Source of the DNA: an uncultured Actinomycetes bacterium
GTDB taxonomy: Bacteria; Actinomycetota; Thermoleophilia; Gaiellales; Gaiellaceae
NCBI GenBank assembly: GCA_963798725.1
Contig: CAWCUL010000003.1
Span: forward strand, 46,910-110,909
Length of the DNA stretch: 64,000 bases
Direction: 5' to 3'
Made by a program: the position numbers and the translations under genes
In this document: in pieces, positions 9,548 through 18,264 of the stretch
How the letters are laid out: each line of letters begins with the position of its first letter
Position numbering within the stretch: the first letter of the stretch is position 1
The notes under the pieces: model-generated
The model's input: the letters and a program-made list of their open reading frames with translations, nothing else
What the model was told of the DNA's origin: nothing
Databases searched by the model: none

Positions 9548-10257
9548 GTCGCAGGCTGCTCGTGATCGGCGCGCACTCGGCGGACTTCGTGTGGCGCGCG
9601 GGAGGCGCGATCGCAGTGTCAACCAGAGCGGGCGGCGTGGCGCAGGTGATCGCCCTGTCCTACGGTGAGCGGGGCGAGTCGGGCGAGCTCTGGAAGGTCG
9701 AAGGCCAGACGGTCGAGAACGTCAAGCGCGCTCGCCACGCCGAGGCGGAGCGGGCGGCGACGGCGCTCGGTGCCGAGCTCGTGGCGCTCGATTTCGGCGA
9801 CTACCCGCTCGAGATCGGCGAGGAGCGTCTGGCTCGGGTCGTGGAGGCAATCCGTGCGTTTGCGCCGGACGTGATCGTGACGCATACCGACACCGACCCC
9901 TTCAACCCGGACCACCCGGTTGCACACGCCGCGGTGATGCGGGCGCGTACCCTCGCCGCGGGTGCCGGCGTCGCGAGCGCGTTCCCGACGATCTCGTCGC
10001 CGGCCCTCTTCCTCTTCGAGCCGCACCAGCCCGAGCTGTGCAACTTCGTTCCCACCACGTTCGTGGATATCACGGGCGTGATCGAGTCGAAGCGCGAGGC
10101 GATGGGGGCGATGGAGTCGCAGGCGTACCTGCGGACGTACTACGACGAGCGCGCGGGTCACCGTGGCAATCACGCGCGCCGAGCGTCGGGCTCGAGCGAG
10201 ATCCGGTTCGCCGAGGCGTTCCAACGCGTCCTGCCCCAGGTGGTGGCAGAGCTGTGA
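9544..10257 (+). CDS. galB: PIG-L family protein, 4-oxalomesaconate hydratase GalB-like
   Basis: GAHSADFVWRAGG (HSAD rather than HPDD), LSYGERGESGELWK, DPFNPDH, FEPHQPELC; ATGA overlap. Confidence 0.85.
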   Translation: MSRRLLVIGAHSADFVWRAGGAIAVSTRAGGVAQVIALSYGERGESGELWKVEGQTVENVKRARHAEAERAATALGAELVALDFGDYPLEIGEERLARVVEAIRAFAPDVIVTHTDTDPFNPDHPVAHAAVMRARTLAAGAGVASAFPTISSPALFLFEPHQPELCNFVPTTFVDITGVIESKREAMGAMESQAYLRTYYDERAGHRGNHARRASGSSEIRFAEAFQRVLPQVVAEL

Positions 10258-10877
10258 GCGCATTCTCGGAGCTCGCGCGGCTCGGCACGGCGACCGTGTA
10301 CGAGGCATCGGGTCGCGTGGGCCTCGTCGACGTCGCCCTCCACCAGATCGTCCCGGGCTCCCGCGCCGCGGGGCCGGCCCGCACCGTGCGCTGCGGCCAG
10401 GACGACAACCTTGCGATGCACGCGGCGATGGCCGCGGTCAAGCCCGGTGACGTGCTCGTCGTGACGATGCCCGAGCCGACGCCGGTTGCCCTCATGGGCG
10501 ACCTGCTCGCGACCCAGGCAAAGGTCCACGGCGCCGCAGCGGTTCTCGTCGACGGGGCGGTACGCGACGTCGAGGAGCTCGCCGAGCTCGGCCTGCCGGT
10601 CTGGGCGCGCTACGTCCGGGTTCGAGGCGCCGGCAAGGAGGACCCGGGTGCGATCGACGAGACCGTGACCGTCGGCGGTCAGCCGATCGAGCCCGGAGAC
10701 GTCGTCGTCCTCGACGCGGACGGTGCCGCGGTGGTCGCCCGCAGCCGGGTCGACGAGGTGCTCGATGCAGCGCTCGAGCGCGAACGGCGCGAGACCGCGA
10801 AGCGAGCAAAGCTCCAGGCCGGAGAGCTGTCCTACGACCTCGACGGGCTGCGGGCGAAGATGGAGGGATCGCCGTGA
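10254..10877 (+). CDS. galC: 4-carboxy-4-hydroxy-2-oxoadipate/HMG aldolase (GalC/LigK, RraA fold)
   Basis: TVYEA, GPARTVRCGQDDNLAMH, MGDLLATQA, DGAVRDV, DADGA; GTGA overlap. Confidence 0.85.
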   Translation: MSAFSELARLGTATVYEASGRVGLVDVALHQIVPGSRAAGPARTVRCGQDDNLAMHAAMAAVKPGDVLVVTMPEPTPVALMGDLLATQAKVHGAAAVLVDGAVRDVEELAELGLPVWARYVRVRGAGKEDPGAIDETVTVGGQPIEPGDVVVLDADGAAVVARSRVDEVLDAALERERRETAKRAKLQAGELSYDLDGLRAKMEGSP

Positions 10878-11884
10878 GCCGCGGCGATCTCGCGCATCTC
10901 GGCCACGTCGAGCTCTTGACGCCCGAGCCGGAGCGGAGCCTGCGGTTCTTCGTCGACGGGCTCGGGATGGAGCAGGAGGCGGCCGAGGGCCAGTCGGTGT
11001 TCCTGCGGGGATACGGGGACTACCAGCGCTATTCGCTGAAGCTCACGGAGGCGCCCGAGGCAGGCATGGGCCACCTCGCGATCCGCGCCGCGAGCCAGGA
11101 AGGGCTCGAGCGAAGGGTCGACGCGGTCACCGCCGCGGGGCACGGCCTCGGCTGGATCGACGGCGACGTCGGCCACGGGCCCGCGTACCGGTGTGCCGAT
11201 CCCGACGGCCATGTCTTCGAGCTCTACTACGAGACCGAGCGCTACGAGGCTCCCGCGCACCTCCGGCCGGTGCTGCGGAACCAACCGCAGCGGTACACGG
11301 GCCGCGGAGTGGGGGTCACGCGCCTCGATCACGTGAACCTGCTCTCGGCCGAGGTGACGCCGTGTCGCGTGTTCGCGACCGACGAGCTCGGTTACGGCCA
11401 CTACGAGGGCATCGTGCTCGACGACGGCACCGAGTCGGGTGCGTGGCTCAGCCTCTCGATCGCCGCGCACGAGCTGATCTACGTCGCCGACGCCCGTGGG
11501 CTCAGCGGCCGGCTGCACCACATCGCGATGTGGGTCGACACACGCGAGGAGGTGATGCGCGCAGCCGACGTGCTGATGGAGCACCGGGTGCCGATCGAGT
11601 TCGCTCCGTCGAAGCACACGGTCAGCCAGGGCTACTTCCTCTACGTCTTCGAGCCGGGGGGCAACCGGGTCGAGATCACGAGCGGCGGCTACTTCGTCTA
11701 CGACCCCGATCGCGAGCCAATCCTGTGGACGGAGGCCGAGCGATCGCGCGGCCAGGCGTGGGAGGTCAAGACCGTCGAGAGCTTCCACTACTACGGCACG
11801 CCACCCACCGACACCGATCGCGCGTACGCGGCGCGCGCACGGGATGCGATGTCCGAACCGGGGGAGAGGGACGGGAGCGCATGA
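10874..11884 (+). CDS. Type I (VOC-fold) extradiol ring-cleavage dioxygenase, catechol 2,3-dioxygenase family
   Basis: HLGHVELLT, LDHVNL (Fe His), AHEL, LHHIA (Fe His), KH..SQGYFLYVFEPGGNRVE (His/Tyr/Fe Glu). Confidence 0.88.
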   Translation: MSRGDLAHLGHVELLTPEPERSLRFFVDGLGMEQEAAEGQSVFLRGYGDYQRYSLKLTEAPEAGMGHLAIRAASQEGLERRVDAVTAAGHGLGWIDGDVGHGPAYRCADPDGHVFELYYETERYEAPAHLRPVLRNQPQRYTGRGVGVTRLDHVNLLSAEVTPCRVFATDELGYGHYEGIVLDDGTESGAWLSLSIAAHELIYVADARGLSGRLHHIAMWVDTREEVMRAADVLMEHRVPIEFAPSKHTVSQGYFLYVFEPGGNRVEITSGGYFVYDPDREPILWTEAERSRGQAWEVKTVESFHYYGTPPTDTDRAYAARARDAMSEPGERDGSA

Positions 11885-11981
11885 GACGTCCTGTGTCAAC
11901 TTCTGACGCCCGCGCGTTCCCGTCAGGCGGCGGCGGAGCCCGGCTCTGCCGGGCGGGAGCGGCCGCCGGCCGGGAGCGCGC

Positions 11982-12740
11982 GTGACGGGGGTGCTCGAGG
12001 GCCGACGGGCGCTGATCACCGGCGCGGCCGCGAACATCGGCGCCGCGACGGCGCGGCGCTTCGCCGAGGAGGGCGCGAAGCTTCTTCTGATCGATCGCGA
12101 CCCGGCGATCGAGGCAACGGCTGCCGCGATCCGCAAGACCGGTGGGGAGTCGAGCGGCGTCGTCGTCGACCTCTCTTCCGTCGAGGAGGTCGACGCGCTC
12201 ACGGGGATCGTGGAGGAGCGGCTCGGCGGTCTCGACGTCCTCGTGAACAACGCCGCCGTCCAGCGGGTCGGCGGGGTGGACGACTTCTCGGTCTCCGACT
12301 GGGACGAGACGTTCGCGGTCAACGTCCGCGGGTGCTTTCTGACGGTGCGGGCGCTGGTTCCGCACCTCCGCCGGTCCGACGCTGCGGCGATCGTGAACAC
12401 GTCCTCCCAGGTGGGGCTCCACGGCGCGCCCGGGGCAACCGCGTACTCGGCGTCCAAGGGCGCGGTGATCGCGTTCACGAAGGCGCTGGCGCTGGAGCTC
12501 GCAGCAGATGGGATCCGCGTGAACGCGATCTGTCCCGGTTGGGTCGACACGTCGTTCAACGAGCCTGCGATCGGGATGCTCGGCGGCCACGAGGCGCACG
12601 CCGACCTCGTCCGAGCGACCATCCCGCTCGGACGTCAGGCGCGTCCCGACGAGATCGCGGCCGGCACCCTGTACCTCGCGTCCCGTGAGTCCTCCTACAT
12701 GACGGGCCAGGTCCTCCCGGTAGACGGCGGGGTGACGTGA
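11982..12740 (+). CDS. SDR family oxidoreductase
   Basis: TGAAANIG, NNAA, YSASK, IRVNAICPG. Confidence 0.9.
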   Translation: MTGVLEGRRALITGAAANIGAATARRFAEEGAKLLLIDRDPAIEATAAAIRKTGGESSGVVVDLSSVEEVDALTGIVEERLGGLDVLVNNAAVQRVGGVDDFSVSDWDETFAVNVRGCFLTVRALVPHLRRSDAAAIVNTSSQVGLHGAPGATAYSASKGAVIAFTKALALELAADGIRVNAICPGWVDTSFNEPAIGMLGGHEAHADLVRATIPLGRQARPDEIAAGTLYLASRESSYMTGQVLPVDGGVT

Positions 12741-14335
12741 GCCGTACCGTCCGCGACGAGACGTTCGCGCTGATGCGCCGTCTCGGGATGACGCGGATCT
12801 TCGGCAACCCGGGATCGTCGGAGATCCCTTTTCTCACCGACGTTCCCGACGACCTCGATTTCGTCCTCGGGCTCCACGAGGGAGCCGTGGTCGGCATGGC
12901 GAGCGGCTACGCGCTGGGCACCGGCCGGCCGGCGTTCGTCAACCTGCACACGGCCCCGGGGCTCGGCAACGCGGTCAACGCGATCGTGTGCGCGCGCGAC
13001 AACCGCATCCCACTCGTGATCGTCGTCGGCCAGCAGGATCGCCGCCAGCTGCCGTTCGCGGCGTTCCTCACGGGTCGCAACCTCGAGCGGCTCGCGGGCG
13101 ACTACCCGGTGTGGGCGACACAGCCGGCCGACCCCGCGTCGGTGCCCGGGGCGATCGCGCGCGCCTGGCACGAGGCCGTCCTCCGTCGTGGGCCGGCCGT
13201 CATCGTCGTGCCCATGGGCGACTGGGAGGTAGCCCTCGGCGACGACTGGCCGGGTGTCGCGGCCCCCGACACCCTGTTGCACGATTCGCTGCCTGCGGAC
13301 GCGGCCGTCGAGGAGCTCGCTCGGCTCGTCGCGGCGGCGTCCGCACCCGCCCTCGTTGTCGGCGCCGGTCTCGACACGCCCGATGGTTGGACGGCCGTGG
13401 TCGCCCTGGCCGAGCGGCTCTCTTGCCCCGTCTGGCAGGACACGTTCTCGAGCCGCGCAGGCTTCCCGCAGGATCATCGCCTCTTCGCCGGGCACCTGCC
13501 CTGGAGCCGCAGCGGCCTGCGGGCCTGCTTCGCCGGCACGGACCTCGTGATCGCCGCGGGAACCCCCGCGTTCAGGCTCTACCTCCACGACGGCGGCACG
13601 CTCGTCGAGGACGGCACCCGGGTCGCCGTCGTCAGCGACGATGCGGAGGAGACCAACCGGAGCCGCTGCGATCTCGCCGTGCTCGGGTCGCCCGCGCGCG
13701 TGCTCTCCGCCCTCGTTCCCGGGGTCGCGGAACGAAGCGGGGAGGTCGCGGGCATCGAGCGTCCTCCTCCTCCGCCCCCGCCCGCGCCGGGCGAGGCGCT
13801 CGCGGCCGAGCATCTCCTCCAGGCGCTCGCCGAGCGGCTTCCCGCCGACGCGATCCTCGTCGAGGAGGCGCCGTCGAGCCGTCCGGAGCTGCTCGCGCGC
13901 GTGGCCATTCGGTCGCCGTTGGGCTTCCTCGCGGTCGCGAACGGCGCTCTCGGCTTCGCGTTGCCCGCCGCGATCGGGTTGCGCATGGCGCTGCCGGGAC
14001 GGCCCGTTGTCGCCCTCGTCGGGGACGGATCGGCCACGTACACGATCCAGGCACTCTGGAGCGCCGCGCACTATGGCGCAGGAGTCGCGGTATGCGTCGT
14101 CGGCAACGGCGGGTACGGGGTCATGGACGAGCTCGCGCGCCTCCACGGCGGGGTGGGCGCCTGGCCGTCGTTCGAGGAGCTCGACCTCGCCGCCGTGGCC
14201 CGGGGCTTCGGCTGCCCGGCGGAGCGGATCACGACCCACGACGAGCTTCTCGGCTCCCTCGACGACGTCCTCTCGGATCTGCGCGAGCGGAAGACACCGG
14301 TCCTTCTCGACGTCCGGGTCGGGCCGGGAGGCTGA
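12737..14335 (+). CDS. mdlC: Benzoylformate decarboxylase-like TPP enzyme
   Basis: FGNPGSSEIPFL, GLHEGAVVGMA, NLHTAPGLGNA, GDGSATYTIQALWSAA, NGGYG; GTGA overlap. Confidence 0.85.
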   Translation: MSRTVRDETFALMRRLGMTRIFGNPGSSEIPFLTDVPDDLDFVLGLHEGAVVGMASGYALGTGRPAFVNLHTAPGLGNAVNAIVCARDNRIPLVIVVGQQDRRQLPFAAFLTGRNLERLAGDYPVWATQPADPASVPGAIARAWHEAVLRRGPAVIVVPMGDWEVALGDDWPGVAAPDTLLHDSLPADAAVEELARLVAAASAPALVVGAGLDTPDGWTAVVALAERLSCPVWQDTFSSRAGFPQDHRLFAGHLPWSRSGLRACFAGTDLVIAAGTPAFRLYLHDGGTLVEDGTRVAVVSDDAEETNRSRCDLAVLGSPARVLSALVPGVAERSGEVAGIERPPPPPPPAPGEALAAEHLLQALAERLPADAILVEEAPSSRPELLARVAIRSPLGFLAVANGALGFALPAAIGLRMALPGRPVVALVGDGSATYTIQALWSAAHYGAGVAVCVVGNGGYGVMDELARLHGGVGAWPSFEELDLAAVARGFGCPAERITTHDELLGSLDDVLSDLRERKTPVLLDVRVGPGG

Positions 14336-14455
14336 CGTCGCGACCGCGGCCCGGCCGTACGCCTCTCCAAGCCCGAGATCGTCCGGGCTGATGCGCCTGA
14401 ACCCGTGCCGGGGTCATGGCGGCCACGATCCACATCGAGGCTCTAGTCTCGTGCC

Positions 14456-14896
14456 ATGGCGTTCCGAGTAGTCCACCCCGACGAGCTCGTGTGGAGGACA
14501 CGCGATCACGCGCCGGACGAGCCGGCGCGTCATGTCGCGGAGCTGAGCGATCTGGCGGGCTTCGCCCACACGCGTGCGAACGTCTGGCGATACGAGCCCG
14601 GCGCCCAGGGGCGACGCCACAGGCACAGTCTCCAGGAGGAGACGTTCGTCGTCCTCGAGGGGACGCTCACGATGTACCTCGGCGACCCACCGGAGCGTCA
14701 TGACGTGCCCAGGGGCGGAGTGATCCACGTCGAGCCTGGCACGGTGCTCCAATCCGTGAACCACGGCGGCGAAGATCTCGTCGTCTACGCCTACGGCACG
14801 CCGCCGGAGCTGGAGCGAGCCGAGCTTCTCGACTCGGCAGTCCAGGCCGCGGGCAACGCGCCGCAGGCGCTGCCCACGCAGCACAACCCGGCGTAG
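14456..14896 (+). CDS. Cupin domain protein
   Basis: HRHSLQEETFVVLEG motif; TAGTCT -10 six nt before ATG (leaderless). Confidence 0.8.
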   Translation: MAFRVVHPDELVWRTRDHAPDEPARHVAELSDLAGFAHTRANVWRYEPGAQGRRHRHSLQEETFVVLEGTLTMYLGDPPERHDVPRGGVIHVEPGTVLQSVNHGGEDLVVYAYGTPPELERAELLDSAVQAAGNAPQALPTQHNPA

Positions 14897-14980
14897 CCGA
14901 CCGATAGCACGACCGCGCCGGTCCGGCGTCCTTGCGCACACCCGTATGGTTGATGTCAACCCCATCAGGAGGCATCCCCC

Positions 14981-15820
14981 TTGACGAACAGCGACACCCG
15001 CACCGACCGGATCCCGTTGATGCTGATTCACGGAGCCTGGCTTTCGTCACGCAGCTGGGAGAACTTCGCCGACTACTTCGAGAAGCGCGGCTTCGTCGTG
15101 TCGGCTCCGGAGTGGCCGCGCAAGCACGGCGAGGTCGAGGAGCTCCGCGAGAACACCGAGCAGCTCGAGGGCCTCGGCCTCACCGAGATCGTCGACCACT
15201 ACGAGACGTTGATCCGTGAGCTCGACGGGCCACCCGTTCTCGTCGGCCACTCGTTCGGCGGCCTGATCGTCGAGCTCCTGCTCGATCGCGGTCTCGGCCG
15301 GGCCGGCGTGGCGATGAGCCCGGCCCCGCCCAAGGGCATTCTCGTGCTCCCGTTCTCGTCGCTCAAGGCGGCGTCTCCCGCCCTCGCGCACCCGTCCCGG
15401 TGGCACGGCGTCGTGCCGCTGACGCAGGAGGAGTTCACGTACGGCTTCGTGAACACCTTCTCCCCCGAGGACGCCGTGGCGGCGTACGAGCGCTACGCCG
15501 TTCCGGAGACGGGCCAGATCTTCTACGAGGCGGGCTTCGCGAACTTCCACCTCCACCCGCCGACCGAGGTTCACTTCAAGGGCGGGGACCGGGCGCCGCT
15601 TCTCATCGTCGGCGCGGAAAAGGACCACACGGTGCCCGCGTCCGTCTCCCGGAAGCAGTACGAGAAGTACGAGCGCTCCTCGGCGAGGACCGACTATGTC
15701 GAGCTCGAGGGGAGGCCGCACTTGTTCCTCGTCGGCGACGGCTGGGAGGAGGCCGCAGCCGAGGTCGGCAGCTGGCTCGACGGGGTGCTCGACGCCGTTC
15801 CGGTCGAAGCGGCGTCCTGA
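14981..15820 (+). CDS. Alpha/beta hydrolase
   Basis: LIHGAW, VGHSFGG nucleophile elbow, DHTV, GRPH; TTG start with RBS AGGAGG. Confidence 0.88.
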   Translation: MTNSDTRTDRIPLMLIHGAWLSSRSWENFADYFEKRGFVVSAPEWPRKHGEVEELRENTEQLEGLGLTEIVDHYETLIRELDGPPVLVGHSFGGLIVELLLDRGLGRAGVAMSPAPPKGILVLPFSSLKAASPALAHPSRWHGVVPLTQEEFTYGFVNTFSPEDAVAAYERYAVPETGQIFYEAGFANFHLHPPTEVHFKGGDRAPLLIVGAEKDHTVPASVSRKQYEKYERSSARTDYVELEGRPHLFLVGDGWEEAAAEVGSWLDGVLDAVPVEAAS

Positions 15821-15832
15821 GCTCCTGCAGCG

Positions 15833-16516
15833 TCAGGCGCTGACGGAGGAGAGCAGGCGGCCGTCGCGCATCGCCAGGCGCCGCGGCGCGCGCTCGGCGA
15901 GGTCGGTGTCGTGGGTCGCGACGATCACCGTCGTACCCCGGCTCGCGGCAAGGCCGGCGAGCCTCTCGATCACGTCGCCGCCTGTGCCCGAGTCGAGGTT
16001 TCCGGTGGGCTCGTCGGCCAGGATCACGCGAGGCTCGACTGCAAGGGCGCGCGCGATCGCGACGCGCTGCTGTTCTCCTCCGGAGAGGTGGGCGGGAAGG
16101 TGGGAAACGCGATCCGCCAGGCCGACCTCCTCGAGCAGAGCGGTCGCGCGGTCGCGCAGCCCGTCGCCTGCGAGCCCGGTCGGAGCGAGCTTGACCTCGA
16201 CGTTCTCGAGCGCGGTCAGCGTCGGGATCAGGTTGAAGTGCTGGAAGACGAATCCGAACGACCGCAGCCGCAGCTCGGCAAGCTCCGCGTCGCGCAACCC
16301 CGCCAGGTCGCGTCCTTCGAAATGGACCTGCCCGCTCGATGCGCGGTCGAGCGCGCCGAGGAGCTGTAGCAACGTTGTCTTCCCCGATCCGCTCGGGCCT
16401 TCGAGCGCGACGAGCTCTCCCGGCTCGATCGTCAGATCGACGTCCTGGACAGCGTGGATCAGCGCGGGGCCCCGGGTGAACGACCTGCCGACGCCGGTGA
16501 GCTCGTACTGGCTCAC
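15833..16516 (-). CDS. ABC transporter ATP-binding protein (LolD/MacB type)
   Basis: GPSGSGKT, FVFQHFNL, LSGGEQQRVAIARAL, ILADEPTGNLD; GTG start overlaps the permease stop. Confidence 0.93.
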   Translation of the reverse strand: MSQYELTGVGRSFTRGPALIHAVQDVDLTIEPGELVALEGPSGSGKTTLLQLLGALDRASSGQVHFEGRDLAGLRDAELAELRLRSFGFVFQHFNLIPTLTALENVEVKLAPTGLAGDGLRDRATALLEEVGLADRVSHLPAHLSGGEQQRVAIARALAVEPRVILADEPTGNLDSGTGGDVIERLAGLAASRGTTVIVATHDTDLAERAPRRLAMRDGRLLSSVSA

Positions 16517-18225
16517 TCGACGGTCCTGAGAGCGTCGGCGGGACGGAGCCGCGCTGCACGGAACGCGGCAGCCGCGCCGGCGAGGAGGCCTCCCAGGAGG
16601 GCGATCCCGAAGCCGAGGAGCACGAGACCCAGGCTCACGGGGGCGGTGAGAGCCACCTGCTGCGTTGTCGGTCGCGCCACGTCGCCGAGCCCGAAGAGAC
16701 CGTTTCCTCCGGTCGTCGAGCTCGCCTCGAGGGTCGGGCCGAACGCGTTGATCAGAAGCGCGGCCGTGAGGCCGACGGCCACGCCGAGGACCCCTCCAAG
16801 AATTCCCTGCGCGAGCGATTCGCCGGTGACCTGCCGTACGACCCGGCGCTGGGTCCAGCCGAGCGCCTTCAGCGTCCCGAGCTCGCGGACACGCTTGCCG
16901 ACGGAGGAGAGCGCGAGCAGGGCCGCGAGGAGAAACGCGGCGACCGCCGCGAGGACGGAGAGTGCCAGGCCAAGGTTGTGCGCGAGGTTGGACGCGTCGA
17001 CGAGCGAGCCGCTGATGGTGCTCGCGACCTGCGTGGCGCTCGCCACCTGCGCCTCCGAGTACGTGCTCTCGATCGACTGCTGGACAGAGGCGACGGACGC
17101 GCTGTCGACGGCGCGCACGAGCACGATGTTCACGAGCCCCGGCTCGCCGGCGAGCTTCTGCAGGGTCGCGAGCGGGACGTACACGTCGGCCCCCTGGCCG
17201 CCGAGCGGCGGATCGACGAGACCGACGATTGTGAGCTTGGTGCCGTTCAGGTCGAGCTTCGAGCCGACTGCGAGCGAATGCCGGGCAGCGTAGGCGTCCG
17301 AGACCATAGCCTCGTGCGCGGCGGCGAGGTAGCTGCCCTTCGTAACCTGTGCTTTCGTGACGAGCCCGATCGTCGGGTCGTCCATCTGGACGCCCGCGAT
17401 CGTGTACGACGCGCTCGTGATGTCCGTCTGGGGCGGGTCGAGAACCTGCTGCAGCGTCTCGCGCGGGGTCGTGATCGTCGTCCGGAACCGGCGCATGCGC
17501 TCCGGCAGGCAGGCGGCGAATGCCCCGCGGTCGAAGCCGCCGGGGCCAAAGCCGCCCGGCCCGCCGCCGCCGCGGCGCGGCGACGAGCCTCCCAGCCCGC
17601 CGCCGTCGCCGCCCCCGGTGGCGCCGTTGTCCTGCCCCCCGGTGCTGCTGCCCTGGAGCTTGGCGATGCACGACTGGATCGCCGCCTGCTCCTTCGCCGT
17701 CGGCGGCGTGATCCGCCGGGTGACGTCGATCCGGTTGCCCCCTGTCTGGATGCGCGCGACGATCTTCGGCACCTTGCCCTCTTGGTGCACGGCCTGGAGG
17801 GTCAACCCTGCCGAGACGGCGTCGACGCCGTCGAGCTGGGCGATCTTCTGCGTCTGGGACTGCTGGAACGTGAGCTGTGTGCCGGGCAGGAAGAAGTCGT
17901 GGACGAAGTGCTCGCCCGGCTTGCCCAGCTTCGAGAGGTCGGTGATCGCCGACTGGTTCGCCTCCAGGAGGTCGCGATCCGCGCCGCCGCCGAATCGGCC
18001 GTCACCCTGTCCACCCTGGTCATCCTGGGCGGCGCGCGTGACGGTCAAGTCGGTTCCGATGCCCGCGAGCGGGTCGAGCGTCTGCTTCTGCGCCTCGTCG
18101 AGCCCGTTGGAGAGGCTCGAGATCGTGATCACGAGCCCCACGCCGAGCGCGAGGCCGAGCAGCGTCACGATCGTCCGACCCTTGCGCCGGACCAGCTCGG
18201 CGCGGAGGTAGCGGAGGTAGAACAC
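16513..18225 (-). CDS. MacB/FtsX-type ABC transporter permease with a large extracytoplasmic domain
   Basis: N-terminal TM (RTIVTLLGLALGV), RVRELGTLKALG, three C-terminal TMs; Gly-rich insert. Confidence 0.88.
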   Translation of the reverse strand: MFYLRYLRAELVRRKGRTIVTLLGLALGVGLVITISSLSNGLDEAQKQTLDPLAGIGTDLTVTRAAQDDQGGQGDGRFGGGADRDLLEANQSAITDLSKLGKPGEHFVHDFFLPGTQLTFQQSQTQKIAQLDGVDAVSAGLTLQAVHQEGKVPKIVARIQTGGNRIDVTRRITPPTAKEQAAIQSCIAKLQGSSTGGQDNGATGGGDGGGLGGSSPRRGGGGPGGFGPGGFDRGAFAACLPERMRRFRTTITTPRETLQQVLDPPQTDITSASYTIAGVQMDDPTIGLVTKAQVTKGSYLAAAHEAMVSDAYAARHSLAVGSKLDLNGTKLTIVGLVDPPLGGQGADVYVPLATLQKLAGEPGLVNIVLVRAVDSASVASVQQSIESTYSEAQVASATQVASTISGSLVDASNLAHNLGLALSVLAAVAAFLLAALLALSSVGKRVRELGTLKALGWTQRRVVRQVTGESLAQGILGGVLGVAVGLTAALLINAFGPTLEASSTTGGNGLFGLGDVARPTTQQVALTAPVSLGLVLLGFGIALLGGLLAGAAAAFRAARLRPADALRTVE

Positions 18226-18247
18226 GGGATGATCGAAGCAGCGCGGG

Positions 18248-18264
18248 CTAAGACCCAGCTAAGA
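18248..18264 (-). promoter_or_regulatory. MprA-type direct repeat TCTTAG-N5-TCTTAG upstream of the ABC permease
   Basis: CTAAGA at 18248-18253 and 18259-18264 on the plus strand, 11-bp period. Confidence 0.65.
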
